DNA of 62,933 nt, counting the filler, from Pelomyxa schiedti (taxonomy: Eukaryota > Protista > Evosea), in assembly GCA_020536535.1 (NCBI GenBank). It is 8 parts of 8 records of this genome, joined end to end, with 100 filler letters (N's around TTAATTAATTAA, not from the genome) between each part and the next. Parts side by side here need not be neighbours in the genome. Positions count along the whole stretch, not along the records: positions 49,714 to 61,748 come from JAHLWZ010001224.1; positions 61,849 to 62,933 come from JAHLWZ010002856.1; 6 more parts are not named here. The stretch is one strand, 5' to 3'. The notes under the pieces are model-generated. The model saw only the letters and a list, made by a program, of their open reading frames with translations, searched no databases and was not told where the DNA came from. Shown piece by piece: positions 49,750-62,933 of the stretch (position 1 is its first letter; each line of letters begins with the position of its first letter). Position numbers and translations under genes: made by a program.

Positions 49750-52700
49750 CAAGGATTTCTCAGTATGGACAACTTCAAGTGGTGTTTTTTGCAAAGTACT
49801 GGTTATTGGACTTCACACACCTCAGCTTGTTTTTTTATGAAGATTCTCAGTATCAGCCATTCCGAATAGCTGGTTTTTCTATTGAGCTTCCTTTCTTGAA
49901 TTATTTACATGTACCTCCAGATTTTTCATCCTCAAACATGAGCTGTGGGACACAGTGTGCTGGTGATAACAAGTGAGTTTTTTTTTTACTCTTGTCAAAC
50001 TTTTTACCAAGGGCTTCTTATATAAGTTATTCTGCAATCATATTCTCACCCGACAGCAATCCTACGAACCTCATGATACAAGTCAATTCTTCAAAACTCT
50101 CTAGGGTAATCGGCTACAGCCAGATACTTCGAAATCTAACTGCACACTGCTGAAAAGTCGTTTGGAATTGATTCCGTTGGACTTGAACAAGAAGTTGAAG
50201 TACATGCAGCAAATTTGGCGTACATGATAGCAATCTCGACTTGTTTTGGACAAAATCCTGTGTGTGGCCAGTCTTTTTCTCGTCCAATCATCTTACACAA
50301 ACACCACCAACAGTTCCATCGAACAAAGATCGTGTCTTTTTTCCCGAGAATTCAGCTCCAAAACTGTCTTGCACATGACTTACTTTTTAAAGTAGGTTTC
50401 TCAAACCCTTACCACGTTTTGTATCCACTAATTCAATTTTGATAAAGCAAGAGGACAGTGTGACAGCACATGAAATAAGGTCTTCTTCACGAGAGTACTT
50501 GCACTGGTCCGAGAGGAAAAAACCAAGAAAGCTGCAAATATCGATACCACATTTAACTCCTCATTGGTATGTGTAGCCTAAACATCCTTTATTTTATTTA
50601 TTGAAGAACTATTCTCAAGGTGCACTGGCTTTTCTTGCTCTTTAGGGAGATTGTATGTGCAACTGTTCCATCCTGATACCAGCAGTCCCTCCTCCAAGGA
50701 GTTCGTAGTTGTACAGATAGCACCACTTGGATCCATTCTGTCTATTTGCTTTTATCCCTGCACCTCTCCGCCATACAGATTGGTGAATGACACGGGCTTT
50801 TCTATTATTGTAAAGCAAGTGAGTATTTCTGGTCACTTGTTCGATTTTCTCATCCAATGCAGGATATCCCAATCTCATCAGAAGAAATACTCTTTCCTGG
50901 ATCAGTGTACGATTTCATTTGGGATGATCCCACCAAGTTAGTATTCCAATCTGGGATTTAAGGAAGTGACTTTACTGAATGAGAATTAAAAGTCTTTAGG
51001 GATTCCCGGAACGTTGAGTTACGATTGAAGGATGGAGACTCGATCATTGCTTTTCCCCATACCGTGAACTTGGATAATATTGACACAACCCACATCCTCA
51101 TTAACCTTCCAGATCAAGAGCATCTCCTCCTTAGTGTATCTCCCTGCAAATCTGGCGGAAATACTGATTTAAAACACAGGCTTCTGTATCATTTGATGAA
51201 AATGGGCAAACAAAGACTTTGCGCATTTCAAAATCTACCAGCTCTTCTGAAGAAATGTCTCCTCAACTTAATGTTAGTCTCTTCTCTTCTATCCTGGCGC
51301 CACTCAACGAAAACTGGGGCAGGAAGGGATCGTGTTGCATTTCCTTTTGACCCTATCCCGCGTGGGTGTTTCCTTTGTAGACAACTCCCCGAAGGTTGAC
51401 CTTCTAAAGCAAAATTAGCACTACTCATCTCTAACGGGAATCGAAAGGAACTTCTCTATGTGTCCTGCAGCAATTTACATACGGCAGTGACTCAGGAGTC
51501 ACAAAACCGAACCATTCAATTGAGCTTGGAGGCACTGCAAATTGATAACCAACTTCTAAATGGCAATTCATGTGTGGCACTTTACCAGTTGAGCAATAAT
51601 GACAACAACAGAGAGGACACTAAAAAGGTTGACCTAAGTACAAAACAAGTTACACGTCTGAACAAAAAAACCCAGGCATTTACCCTTAGTTTAGTGCAGC
51701 AGCTTAAATACCCAAATCTTTTGTATATAACGTACTTGAGTGCACTTCTACAAACAACGCAGATAAGGGTCGATTATTCCTTGATGTAGTGTGCACTTCC
51801 AAGCAACAACAAACCAACTTTGACTTTGCAGATATCAACTTCAATCATTCATTACCTCATCTAGCTCCGAAGACCCGAAATACAGTTTCCATGAGGTTTT
51901 AGAAAGTGTCAAGTAAATTCCACTTTTCACAAAGAAGTTTTCCAACAATCCTTCTAGCACAAAGATGGCAAATGGCACCCACAACAAGAAACTCGTTTAC
52001 ATTCAACTTCTTCATATTAATCCAATCAAACTGAATGTGAGCACAACGGCAAATGCCCCTTCCAGCATCAAAAAGTTCACTACCCTCCCCTCCCCTCCCT
52101 GTTTATCCTCAATCCATTTCAGAGATGAACTCTACCAGCTACTTACAGTTGATAACGCCACGATCACCCTGAACGTGCTTTACCAAGAGCATCTTTTTGA
52201 TGAACCAGAGTGCCTGCTGAAGACCATCCTCCACTTCTATACAACGCAATTGATCTCTCAAGTAACATTCGTTTGTTATGCCTTGCTTTACCACTCACAT
52301 ACTGCAACTCTAGTGGTACACTACTTTACTTGGTCTAGATTGCATAGGCGCACCTCTTTCTTTATGGAATTACAGTGGAAAGGGATTTCACGATTTCTTC
52401 TATGAGCCTTTCTTGGGGCTCACTAAGAGTCCAGAAGACTTTGCAATGGGACTGAGTAAGGTTAGTTAGGAGACTCAAAAACGAGGAACCAACCATCACA
52501 CAGGGGGCAACGAGCCTCGTTCGAAATAGTGTATTTGGTTTGGTGAATAGTGGAAGCAAGTTACTTGGTTCACTAGGAAATGGTATATATTTTGAGTGTG
52601 CTCACTATGAGTAAAGAAAATTGCTTCTATTAGGGATAGCCCTTCTGTCGTGCGATGAGGAGTTTCAAAGTAGCCGTCAGAGTGCTCTTCGTGAAGTACC

Positions 52701-53610
52701 TCAGCATGTAGGAGATGGTATAGTATCTGGTGTACGTGAACTCACTACAGGCATCCTACATGGAGTTACTGGGGCTATTGTACATTCATCTATTATATCT
52801 TTGTCCACTAACACCCGGAAAAGACAGAACCCATAAAAGGAATTCAACAAGAAGGTGTTGGAGGGTTATTCCTTGGTTTAGGAAGAGGTGCACTGGGGCT
52901 AGTTCTGAAACCTACAGTCGGGTTACTTGATTTCGCTGCATATACTGCTCAGGTCTTTTCATCTGTTGATAAACCTTTGCTCATAGGATGCCAGGGGATT
53001 AAAAGTACAGCATCTTATTTTGGTGAAACACCATCAAGAGTGAGACCTCCAAGATTTTTAGTGCCAAATGAGGTCATAAGGTAGGTACAGAGACAGGTTG
53101 GAATTTAAGTTAACTCTCCTCAGGCCTTATGACAATTCGATGTCACAAAGCAAGGCGATACAATCCCAAATCACCCCTAACAGCGCGGAAGAGGTAATTC
53201 CCACACCCAAGTGAACTCAATAACAACCGAAAATAACAGTTACTTTGTGCATGTCAACTCAGTACCACCCACAGTACCGCCCCTTACATGCTGCTTGTGA
53301 CCCGGCAAAACGTACTCTGCGTTTGTTTGCCCAACCAAGAGCCTCCCGTGCTATTCTGGTCCTTTCACTTTTCTGGTAATCCATTGATTCTCCCACAGCC
53401 CAACATAACCTTCCCTAATAGAAATCGACTCGGTGACGTCGTCTGGTGCCCTACTGCGACTCCACATAAGGGGCTACCGGTCACCAACAACGGTAAGACT
53501 CTCTCCTAGCTTGTACAAATCTGACCCACCTCAAGGTTGAACTGATGTGTGCCGCTGCTGCCCAATCTATTGCCAAAGTGCTGGACTGGCTGTTGCCAAG
53601 TCACCACTAA
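49750..53610 (+). CDS. VPS13: VPS13-family lipid transfer protein, C-terminal part
   Basis: PPYRLVNDT, LQIDNQL, LHINPIKLNVS, FFYEP, HVGDGIVSGVRELTTGILHGVTGAI, KPTVGLLD, RVRPPRF. Confidence 0.85.
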
Positions 53611-53767
53611 CAGCTAACAATTTTGTGTAAAGAGTAGTGTGTCTGCCAAAGCCATCTGTAAACAAGATGTGCGAAATGATTAAAAGGGAAACCCAAAATC
53701 TACTGTTTATTTTCGTTTATCTTCTGGTTTAGCGGAAACGGGCAGGCAACACACAACAAACACACAA

Positions 53768-56700
53768 CTACAGCAGACGTGTATGTCTGATGTCCTCAAG
53801 TCTTTTAAGAACATCTGCAGGGGAGCGATCAAGCTCCTCTGCAATGGCCCTTTGTTTGAGGGGCTCCAGAGAGCCAAACTGTTCACAGAGATCACCGTCT
53901 ATAACGTCCTGTATGACCGTATTGACGTCAGTTGGATAAAGGAAGCAATAGGTTGTAGTGTACCTTGACTGGGAAGTACGCGGACCTGAACGACGTGTGG
54001 TCCCTCCCACAAAGGGGTGGGTTCTCAACACACATATGCATTTCCAAGTGCTGGAAGAAATCGACATCTTCGCGCGAGGGAAACGGTACGAGTGCCCCAA
54101 TGGCACCTAAACGCAATACTGTCAGACAAGCTACACTTGAGGGCACATACCCATTACAGTGGAATAGATTACACAAGAAACTCCTGGGACCAATTCGCAA
54201 TTGGTGATACTGCAAATTGTGTCGCCAGTGTAAAAGTGTATCAACTGCTGAACCTTTGGGTTGTGATTAATGGCTTCTTGACAACTGGGAATTTCAATTA
54301 CCTTATGGGGTGCTCCATTCAGGTAACCTTTGTCAAATAGGAGAGAAGATCCAGTGGGGTCCTCTTCAATCTCATCGGACACTTCTGAAGGGAGACGAAT
54401 AACGAATAAGGAACCAAACTTGTCAGCTCCTATCATCGTGTCATAATCCACCATGACACCACACGTGATCCACCTGATTTTCAAATTAGTTACCAAAAAA
54501 AAAAAGTTGGAAACAGTGCCAACCTGGGTACAGTATCATCTGCGAAAATATATAATCTATTATCAGATCTCTTATACTTTACGTATAGGAAGGACTCGGT
54601 GATATCGCCAACAATGATCCTATCCACATTGGTGTGAATTTGAGTGATGAAATTGGGGAAGTTCTGTGGTTTGATGAGTTTGCAAGGAAAAAAGTGAAAG
54701 GAAGGAACCTTGTTTTCACACTTTCTGAGTAACTTCTTTTTCCCCAAGTCATATATTCGGAGGACAGGCCCCAAACCAACTAGAAGTCTATCCTGGAAAC
54801 CCCGTACTGCCAGAGGAACTTCTTCTACGCGAGTCTAAATGGGTAGGTTTATCAGGGAAGGTTTTTTTCTTAGTTAAGGATTGTTACTTTATGAAGCAGT
54901 TCGAACCGTCTCCCACCATCAAGAATTTTGTAAACATGGATGAATCCAGCAGTGCAAGACCTTGGTTGAAGAACCAAGTCCTTTGCAGTCCCAACAACCA
55001 AAAACTCATCTGAGGGATGATCGTGGAAAGTGCACGTGCAAACACTTATTGTTGTTTACCTTTAGTTAAACAAAAAAAAAAAAGAAGAGTGATGGGATAC
55101 CTGAAAGCAGCTTCGTTATCAGATAGTTCGATAATTTGCAGGGTTTTGTTCTCTAAGGGATCAAACAACCTAATGCATGATGCCCATTGGCCAGGTGGAG
55201 CACGTGGAGCACCAATTACATTCTCAGGTAATTCAGGTTCTTTAATTTCTTTGGTGTCCTCTGCAATCATGCGGTCTTCCTGGAAGAGACTAAAGTTAGC
55301 ACATCAAACAAGAAATTTGTAAGACAACGAACCTTGAGTAATTGCTTTCCCCGTTCATTGTAAGCGGCGTGGTCAGTCTCGAGAATGACAAACAAGTTGG
55401 TGTTTGGGAGAGTAATGAACTTGTGTGGAGTGTAGCGCAGTAGAGTTTGCTCTTGCTGATTGAAAATGTCACCAAAGCGATCAATTGTGATGATTCTGCC
55501 CATAGACTGTAAGTTGTTGAAAAGTTTGTGCGAGTCGGAGCTTACCTTAAAGTGGTCCCTGACACAGAAACAATACTTTCAGCACACTGCTGTGATGAAA
55601 ATGGGGCAGAATACTCCAATGGGACATACCTGACACTGTTAAAAGAAAGGTAATGCAATAGTGGCAGATTACGAGAGTGGTGTCATGTGAAATTTGGACT
55701 GATAGTTGTAGCATATCCATGATCTACTAGATAAAGCAAGTAATGTGTCTTTCCCCAAAGCTTTAATTTTGAACAGCTTCACAGGTCGTGAGCCAAGACA
55801 CCTAATACTGTGTTTAAGACGAAAAATGAGGTCTTTCAAGGTGTTTCATACCTTGTTCTATTGTCTGACAATTCACCAGAGACAGCATCCACAACAGAGC
55901 GAAGGAGCAGTCCATTTCTCAGCCCAACGTTAAGGAACATAGTAGGGTTTTCGTCTACCTGGTTTTGTTTAAAACATCACCTTCTCGAGAGGATAAAAAC
56001 CTTTCCAATTGTCATCTCTATGAGACACACTGATTCAGGTTGAGTTGGGGTGGAAAGTAAACTGACTTGTTGAAGATAAGACTCTGGCAGGAGAGATAAA
56101 ATTCGGACATTGTTTTCAAAATCGCCAACAGCCTTTTTTTGTTGTAATGTTTTGTTTTGTTGTGTGTTTTTTAGATAGGATTAAAACACGGAAAACCACA
56201 GGGAGGAAAAGAGGGAAACAAAAAGAAGGCGTGCTGCCCGGCACAGAAGAGATGGGATCAGAGATAAGAGGGGGAGAAAAGTTTATGTGAGACAAGTTAC
56301 CAGAAGACACATAAGTAACAAAATAGACATGCATCAAGTTGTCATAAAAGATTAAGTTGGAGTCAACATACCATAAATCTTGCACGCTGACCTCTTGTTA
56401 CAGGAGCAATATCAATGCATGCTATCTCGCGACCCATTTCATGGCGTTCCACGTCGTTCAATTGACCTTGATTGTCAAGCTCGAAGTAGAAAAGAGATCC
56501 AGTCCCACCACTGAGGCAAATAACTACCTTTTGTTTGGTGAATCAAGGTTTGAGGCGCTGTAAAAAGACACCTGTTGTTGGTTAACAGCAGCGTGAGTGA
56601 TGTGACGCTTATTTGGAGGTTGCCACTCCGAAATACGGCGGTCGGCACGTATGAGGCGAATACCGTTGGGGTGAATCTTTATTTATCTGTAACCATGTGG

Positions 56701-58621
56701 TTGTGAAGTGGGAGAGGATACTTGAACAAGGGAGTCTTCACCAATAAGTGAAACGTTAAGAGTTGTCGTGCTTCCTAAGAATCCACTATCAGTAACTTCG
56801 TCAACAGTATCTCCCACAGCAAGAACTAGTGTGCTGCTGACCAAACTCACTACAATGTATTTGTCGAAAGGATCTACAGGTGTTCAGTGATTTATCAAGA
56901 AATAACAACAAACCTCTTGCATTTTTTTTTAACGTCCAAACTGCTGTTGGAATGGAAGGCAAACCAGACACGGCCATTTCTGTTACAGGTAAACCGTGTC
57001 GCAAAACGCGTACTGCAGCTCGGGGACCTCTCCCACATATGGTGTATATCTGTGGGGTATCTTCATGAAGAAGATCCAAAACCTGTAAGGATAAGATTCA
57101 AACCACCAACTGGGGAGAAGGAAAACCTTGAAATCCATCATTGGGGCCAAGCTTGGAAGTTCATCGAGAAGAAGTAGGTTTTTCAATATGCGGGGCTGAA
57201 ACAATGTCCACTTCTCACCGCCATGTTCTGCTTCCCACAAGAGATCCTGCTCTTCACTTGGTGCCTCTTGGAATTGGTAGAAGGCACTAATTGAAGTGAA
57301 TTCGATTAGTGGCTGGGACAGAAAACAAACTGATTTCCAAACTCAGCAGCAACAAATAGAAATCCTGAGCGTAAAATCACCATGGAAGAGGCAACAGGAA
57401 CGGTGTCAAAATATTGCATATCAATTTCAGACACAACAGCACCAGTATAAACAAGTTTAACTTTGTAAAGATCCCCGAACTCACTTTGTAGGAGGAAGAA
57501 GAACAGATCCTATGGACACATAAGACGGGTGGGAATTAGTGGTCCTACCTTTTGTTTGTGAGTTGCGTAGGACACAATCAAGATAGGCTCATCTATTGGC
57601 ATATCCTTTCGACGGGGAATAGAAACTTTTATATCAGGGTGTCCTTGGTTCTTGAAATAGATGTAATTTTCAGCACACAAAAGAACTCCACCTGGTCCTT
57701 CTTTGTAGGGAACTGCAGCATGGGTTAGAGGGAAAACAAAAGAGCCAAAACACCAACCTGAAATAACTAGATTCGAAGTCCGATCCACTGTCTCACTCCA
57801 TTTGCGGGAGACGTGGTTGAGACCTAAATCTAGCTCATAGAAAGTGAGCACCTTATTGCGCTCAGATGATTCTGTGGAGTGATAATCCGTGTAATCGAAC
57901 TCAATTGCTGCAAAAATGGGGTTCTCGAAGCCTACATCCACACCACAAACAGAGAAGCAGATTGTGTGCGATTTGTGAGCTTCAAGGGGTGATGATATTG
58001 TAAGTCTAGCTTTGGAGTCTCGGTTAAGCACATAAACTAGTTTCTGTTTCTCAACAGCAGCTGTGATCAAAGTTATTGCATCCCTTTGTGTAAACATAGC
58101 AAACCTATCATTACGGCACGTCCTCTTGGATCTACTGCAAGGTACTCTCCAGGAACGATGCGCCTGCACCCACTTTTTCCAAACGTCTCCATATGAACTT
58201 TCTCGAAACAATTCTTTGTATCATTGTACTCAAGAATGGCTATGCGTCCAGAATCTGATCCCACCACAACATAATCTTTCGTTCCGCCTGTGTGTAATGT
58301 CAGACAATCCAAAACCCAAAAACCCAAAATAAAAAACCAACCTGTCAGCCTGAAAGGGGTGAGTGATCGTATCAGACCAAAGACTTCAGTGGAAACAATA
58401 GTCTGCAGCCTACCATTGTCGTCTGGTCTTAGAAGTTCCAGAATCCTTTGTGGAGACGGTTGCCATCGAGCAACAACAAAAACAAAATTTTAAAACAACA
58501 AAGACTCCTACCTGCCACCACGACACACTACGATCTCCTGAATCTTGGGGTTCGAGAAATTGCCGTGTATGCACACATTAATCGCAGTTGGACGTTGCAA
58601 CGTCAAGTGATAGAGATACAT
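53768..58621 (-). CDS. SF3B3: Splicing factor 3B subunit 3 (SAP130/Rse1)
   Basis: [90 protein letters not shown]. Confidence 0.96.
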
Positions 58622-58845
58622 TGCACCAGTCGAATCTCACACTGTTCGTGTCACAATAGATCTAGATCTCTGCGGTGTTGCGTGACGCCGCTCCCGTGTG
58701 CGTGTTGCTTGATTTAAGGAAAAAAGAAAAAGAACGCGAAACAATCACACCGCACTTGCCTGGGCCAGAAAATTTTCTCTGAGAAAAAAAGAATAGAAAG
58801 GAAATTAGAACACAAAGCGACGGGTAACGTTGGCGTTTCGAACTA

Positions 58846-59904
58846 ATGGATCCGGGAGATGTGCATACCAAACAACTTCTTGAAGGTAAGTAGTTTTTTT
58901 TTCCTGTTTGTCGTCCTACTTGTTGGTTTATTTTTTTTTTTTTTTCGGGGTGGCACTGAGCCCAACGAAAGTACACAAGAGGCTGGGGATTTGATACGAG
59001 CAATTGTACTGTGTGGAAGAGGACAGCTCCCACAATGCCGTGATTTTTGCTTATCTCTTATACGGCCCCTTTCCGCGAAGGATCCGGTGTTCTTCCCTCT
59101 TGTCATCGCCCTCCTTCGCAGTGTTTGTGCCCACGAGCCTGCTCTCATGCCGTCCCATAATCGCGAAGGCTTGCGCGAGCACTACAAGAACCTCATACGC
59201 GGGTGTGACAATTCTTTCGGCCGGGAGTCGGTGCGCATTGGTGACAGCATCATTTGCCATTTTAGGAAAGAACGCACGAGAATCGAAATGGAAGAGTCAC
59301 AGTTGCCAAGCCCAGGCTACAGTTGCAATGACGTAACTGACAATGGAGAGAATGGCACAAATACTAGCATAAGCATCATACGCAACAACAATAGCAGTGT
59401 TGATAGCAGAAGGGCTCTGGGAGTTTCATTGTACAATACATTCAGTCAATGTTGCATGTATTTGGGGCGGGTTCTCTGCCAACAGACTGGGAACATGCAG
59501 TGTCCCTACTAAGGGAGAGTGCAAGCCTCGGCGACTCCGCATCACTTTTTACTCTTGGAATATGTCATGAGCTTGGTGATGTTGGCCTGCCAATTGACCA
59601 CCCTGAGGCACTCAGACTCTACCAAATGGCTGCCAAGCAAGACTTTGCTTGTGCAATCTACAACCTTGCTGTAGTTGTTGAGGACTCTGATGTATGCCGT
59701 GCCGTTGGGCTTTACCGACGTGCTTCTGAGCTGGGTGTTGCGAAAGCACAGTATTCCTTGGCAATAATTCTCTGTGAAGGTGGTGGTCCAACAAATGATG
59801 TCAGGGAGGCTAAGCGGTACCTCCTGCTGGCTGCAACCCAAGGCCACCTAAAGTCTATAACCAAGCTGTGGAAGCTTTTCCGTGCCCATTATAACGGGAA
59901 CTAA
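58846..59904 (+). CDS. SEL1-repeat protein
   Basis: SLFTLGICHELG...EALRLYQMAAKQ, AQYSLAIILCEG; the frame junction near 59450 is unresolved. Confidence 0.7.
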
Positions 59905-60025
59905 GGCGCGGTTGTGTAGATAATAATACTTGACAAAACAAAGAATGAATTCCCAAAGAATTTTTTTCTTTTTCCTCAATAGCAACATAGTATTACCTGG
60001 AGGTATTAGGGTACATGAAATGGAA

Positions 60026-60649
60026 TCAGTTCGCGGCATGGGAAGGATGCCTTTGAACAAGCAATTCCAGGTCCCTGACAGACTTGCGCCTCTTGTACTC
60101 GATGTAACCATACAGAGCCCACAGCAGAACAATGACCAGCGCGATGTTGTCCAAGCTCCCGATGAACATCCCGTACTCGGACGACGGCAGCAGGTCCCTG
60201 GGCAGCATCAGGTAGCACACCGCGAACGCCAGGCTCACGAACACCAGGGTCCTGAACACCACGCTGCTGCGCAGGAGCCAGGCCCCCAGGCCGCGGGCGT
60301 CGGTCAGCCGGTCCATGGTCCCGCGGCGGCCGCTGAACCGGTCGTTGTACGCGCTGAACTTGCTCGCGTAGAGCTTCTCTTCCTCGCCCATGGTGGCGGA
60401 GGAGGAGGAGGAGGCGGCGGGGCCCAGGGAGGAGGAGGGGTGGGAGGGGCCGGGGGAGTCGAGGACCAGCCGGGAGGGTACCAGGGAGGAGACCTTGGCC
60501 CGGTCCATGGGGCAGAGGACGGGCTGGGAGGTGTCGCCGCGCTCCCAGACCGACAGGATGCACTCGCTGCAGAACCAGTGCCCGCACGACGTGAAGGCCG
60601 GAAAGCGAACTTCACCAAGGCACACCGCACACTCCGTATCAGTCTTCAT
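60026..60649 (-). CDS. RNF170: RNF170-like RING E3 ligase with C-terminal TM (DUF1232-like) region
   Basis: CAVCL...CGHWFCSECI...CPMDR; YLMLPRDLLP...IGSLDN. Confidence 0.75.
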   Translation of the reverse strand: MKTDTECAVCLGEVRFPAFTSCGHWFCSECILSVWERGDTSQPVLCPMDRAKVSSLVPSRLVLDSPGPSHPSSSLGPAASSSSSATMGEEEKLYASKFSAYNDRFSGRRGTMDRLTDARGLGAWLLRSSVVFRTLVFVSLAFAVCYLMLPRDLLPSSEYGMFIGSLDNIALVIVLLWALYGYIEYKRRKSVRDLELLVQRHPSHAAN

Positions 60650-60902
60650 AAAACACAATGAAAGACGAGGGTCTGTTTTTTTAAATGCAACACGTGGCCA
60701 GAACCACCAAACTAAGGGTTATTTGTTCTGTTGATGGCTTCGGGGAAGATAAAACAAATCTTCGTACTCACTTCATCACCGGAGTGCGTCGAGGGAAAAA
60801 GAAGAAGTAATGGAGGGAGCGTCAACCAAAGCATGTACCACCAATGTGCTCGTCCGTAAGGAAGAAATCTTCTTTCTTTGCTACTTTCACAAAGAAAAAA
60901 AA

Positions 60903-60994
60903 GCTGGAGTAGTCTGTGGGAATTGATCCCACGACCAGCGGGTCGCCAATGGTACCGTCTGTAGCCAATAGTAATACCACTGCACCACATCCTC
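60903..60994 (-). ncRNA. tRNA-Cys(ACA)-like Pol III element, copy 1
   Basis: A-box TGGTGCAGTGG, CT-ACA-G plus 15-nt intron, perfect T-arm GTGGG-ATCAATT-CCCAC, T73-CCA, T-run. Confidence 0.6.
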
Positions 60995-61634
60995 AACAGC
61001 CACAGCAAGGGGGGTGACCACCCCAGCCAACCAGGAGCCAGCTGGCTCATAATAAAAATAATATGAGCCATGCATGACCTCTGGCAGGTTTTGTTTGTGG
61101 GTTGGTTACAAAGGAGAAAAGTAGTATGTGGCAGCAGCACCACTCAATCAAATCGAATCACTGGCACCCCCTCCCAACCAATCCTAATTAATGTGACTGT
61201 TTGTTGAAGACTTTGTTGCAATGAATGTACTTTTTTCACCCAACTTCCCATTTTTACCCGTTATCTCAGCACCCTCGCATCACACCGGCCTGCCCTTCGG
61301 CAATCCTCTCCTACTTCCTGCGCACTACAACATGCAGCTGAGCTCCACAAAAAAAAACTCTTCTGTGGCCACGAAACGCCTCATAGAGCGATCGCGCCAA
61401 AAAATACACCCATTGCTTTGAATATAAGAAGTAATCCCACAGCACAAAAACAATGCCCATACTCTCTGGTCCATTTACAGAATGGTGGAATCACTTTTGA
61501 AGGTGTTTGTAGGCAATTTAGACTCTCAGGCACCTCAGAGCCACCACACCACCATCACTCTGATCAGATCTCTTATTTTTTTCCTCTTTTAATGGGGTAA
61601 TTTTTTTCTCTTTTAAAAAAATGAAAGAAAAAAA

Positions 61635-61726
61635 GCTGGAGTAGTCTGTGGGAATTGATCCCACGACCAGCGGGTCGCCAATGGTACCGTCTGTAGCCAA
61701 TAGTAATACCACTGCACCACATCCTC
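61635..61726 (-). ncRNA. tRNA-Cys(ACA)-like Pol III element, copy 2 (identical)
   Basis: Identical to copy 1 from the T-run through to the contig end at 61748. Confidence 0.6.
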
Positions 61727-62933
61727 AACAGCCACAGCAAGGGGGGTGNNNNNNNNNNNNNNNNNNNNNNNNNNNNNNNNNNNNNNNNNNNNTTAATTAA
61801 TTAANNNNNNNNNNNNNNNNNNNNNNNNNNNNNNNNNNNNNNNNNNNNACACAAAATGGGCTTTTTTTAATTGTTGCTGTGACTGAGTTCTTTTGACTGT
61901 TGCTTGGGAGAGTTTGATTAGCAGTAAGAAGCTCGGCTGCAAATAGAATATGTGGGTGTGTTAGATGCAGATAACATGGTGAGGGTAGGTGACACCAAAT
62001 CAAATATCAATTTATGGGGCAGTGAACCCACCCCATTGTTGAGCTACGATTTCCCAAATGCTTCTGGCTGTTTGCCCACAAGGATGTGATAACTGAGATG
62101 GACGTTTGGCATTTTGCATTCTTTCATTTTTGTGCTTTCTCTCAGGTAGTGTCTCTAATTCCCAATTTCAGGTTTTTATACTTTCATAATCCCACCAAAA
62201 GGGCTCCAGTGTCCACAATAAAACAACAATCTGAGAGTGAATGTTGAAATTAGAATTACGGTTAGGGTGAGGTTGTTATACCAGGTGAGATCTCACCATC
62301 ACAGTGCACAACACAGTTTTGTATTTTTTTTTTTCTGTCATTTTTGGGGGTCAAAACAATTTTGGTGGTCAAATAACTCTAATTTACTTTTTTTTGTCAA
62401 CACCACAGAAAATCATACTTTTTCTTTTGACAATCTGTAGATTGTACTTTTTCGGGGAATCTTAGATCTGTCTTACCTTTCCTTGGTCTTTTTGGGGATG
62501 CCAAGTTGTGGGTTTTCTTTTTGCACAGGGTGAGGGTGGCACAGCACTACTGACAGAGGTACTCTCAGATGGGGTTGGGGTTGTCTGAAAACTACAACAG
62601 TAGCCTTCAGCTTCTCAACATTCCTAGTTGTTTCTGCCCACTTTGTGATTGCCTTCTTTTGTGCTGCTGCTGTTGGGTTCTCATCTATGAGGAGTTCTTC
62701 ATTTGTCAGATTCACCTTTTTCTTTTTGTGAGCACTGCTTGCTGACTCCCCCTTGGTTGCTCCTGAGACTGGGACAACAAGAAAACGAATTTTGATACAA
62801 TTTTCGGCACACTTAGTGTGTGATTCTGCGAACACACAGGCAAACTGTGCGCAAGGCGCACTCGCAAGACTCGAGACTGGAGACTCGGAGGCTGAGTCAT
62901 CACTTACCAAGTTCGGAAATCAAGTTCACAGAA

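Noticed and set aside
59930-60734. Several long overlapping ORFs around the RING gene and at 40408-41007
   Set aside because: GC-rich shadow frames of RNF170-like and RBM25 coding sequence
61849-62933. Lys-rich minus-strand ORF 62473-62910
   Set aside because: No recognisable motif on a short contig fragment; cannot support a call

Overview
Intron-rich eukaryotic (protist) genomic DNA. The window is a concatenation of eight contigs/scaffolds joined by N-TTAATTAATTAA-N spacers, with several additional 100-N scaffold gaps. Short (~45-60 nt) spliceosomal introns, EGF/CUB receptor TKL kinases, tandem bacterial-type class III adenylyl cyclases and a lineage-expanded HPR(A/C)G-motif family suggest an anaerobic amoebozoan, probably Pelomyxa-like (inference). 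Recognisable genes: SF3B3, VPS13 (C-terminal part), RBM25, TRAPPC4, a SEC11-like gene, RNF170-like, SEL1-repeat, ankyrin-kinase and beta-trefoil genes, and tRNA-Val(UAC). Most notable: (1) a circularly permuted tRNA-Leu-like gene at 7812-7897 with the 3' half before the 5' half; (2) two paralogous genes ending in a Vint-type Hint autoprocessing domain on a non-VWA host; (3) two identical copies of an intron-containing tRNA-Cys(ACA)-like Pol III element with broken stems; (4) a stand-alone bacterial-type PAS gene that has acquired 4 introns; (5) a tRNA-Val duplicate lacking its anticodon arm; (6) palindromic GGCGG/CCGCC elements and a decayed transposase. All gene models were spliced by eye and family assignments come from recalled motifs, not database searches.
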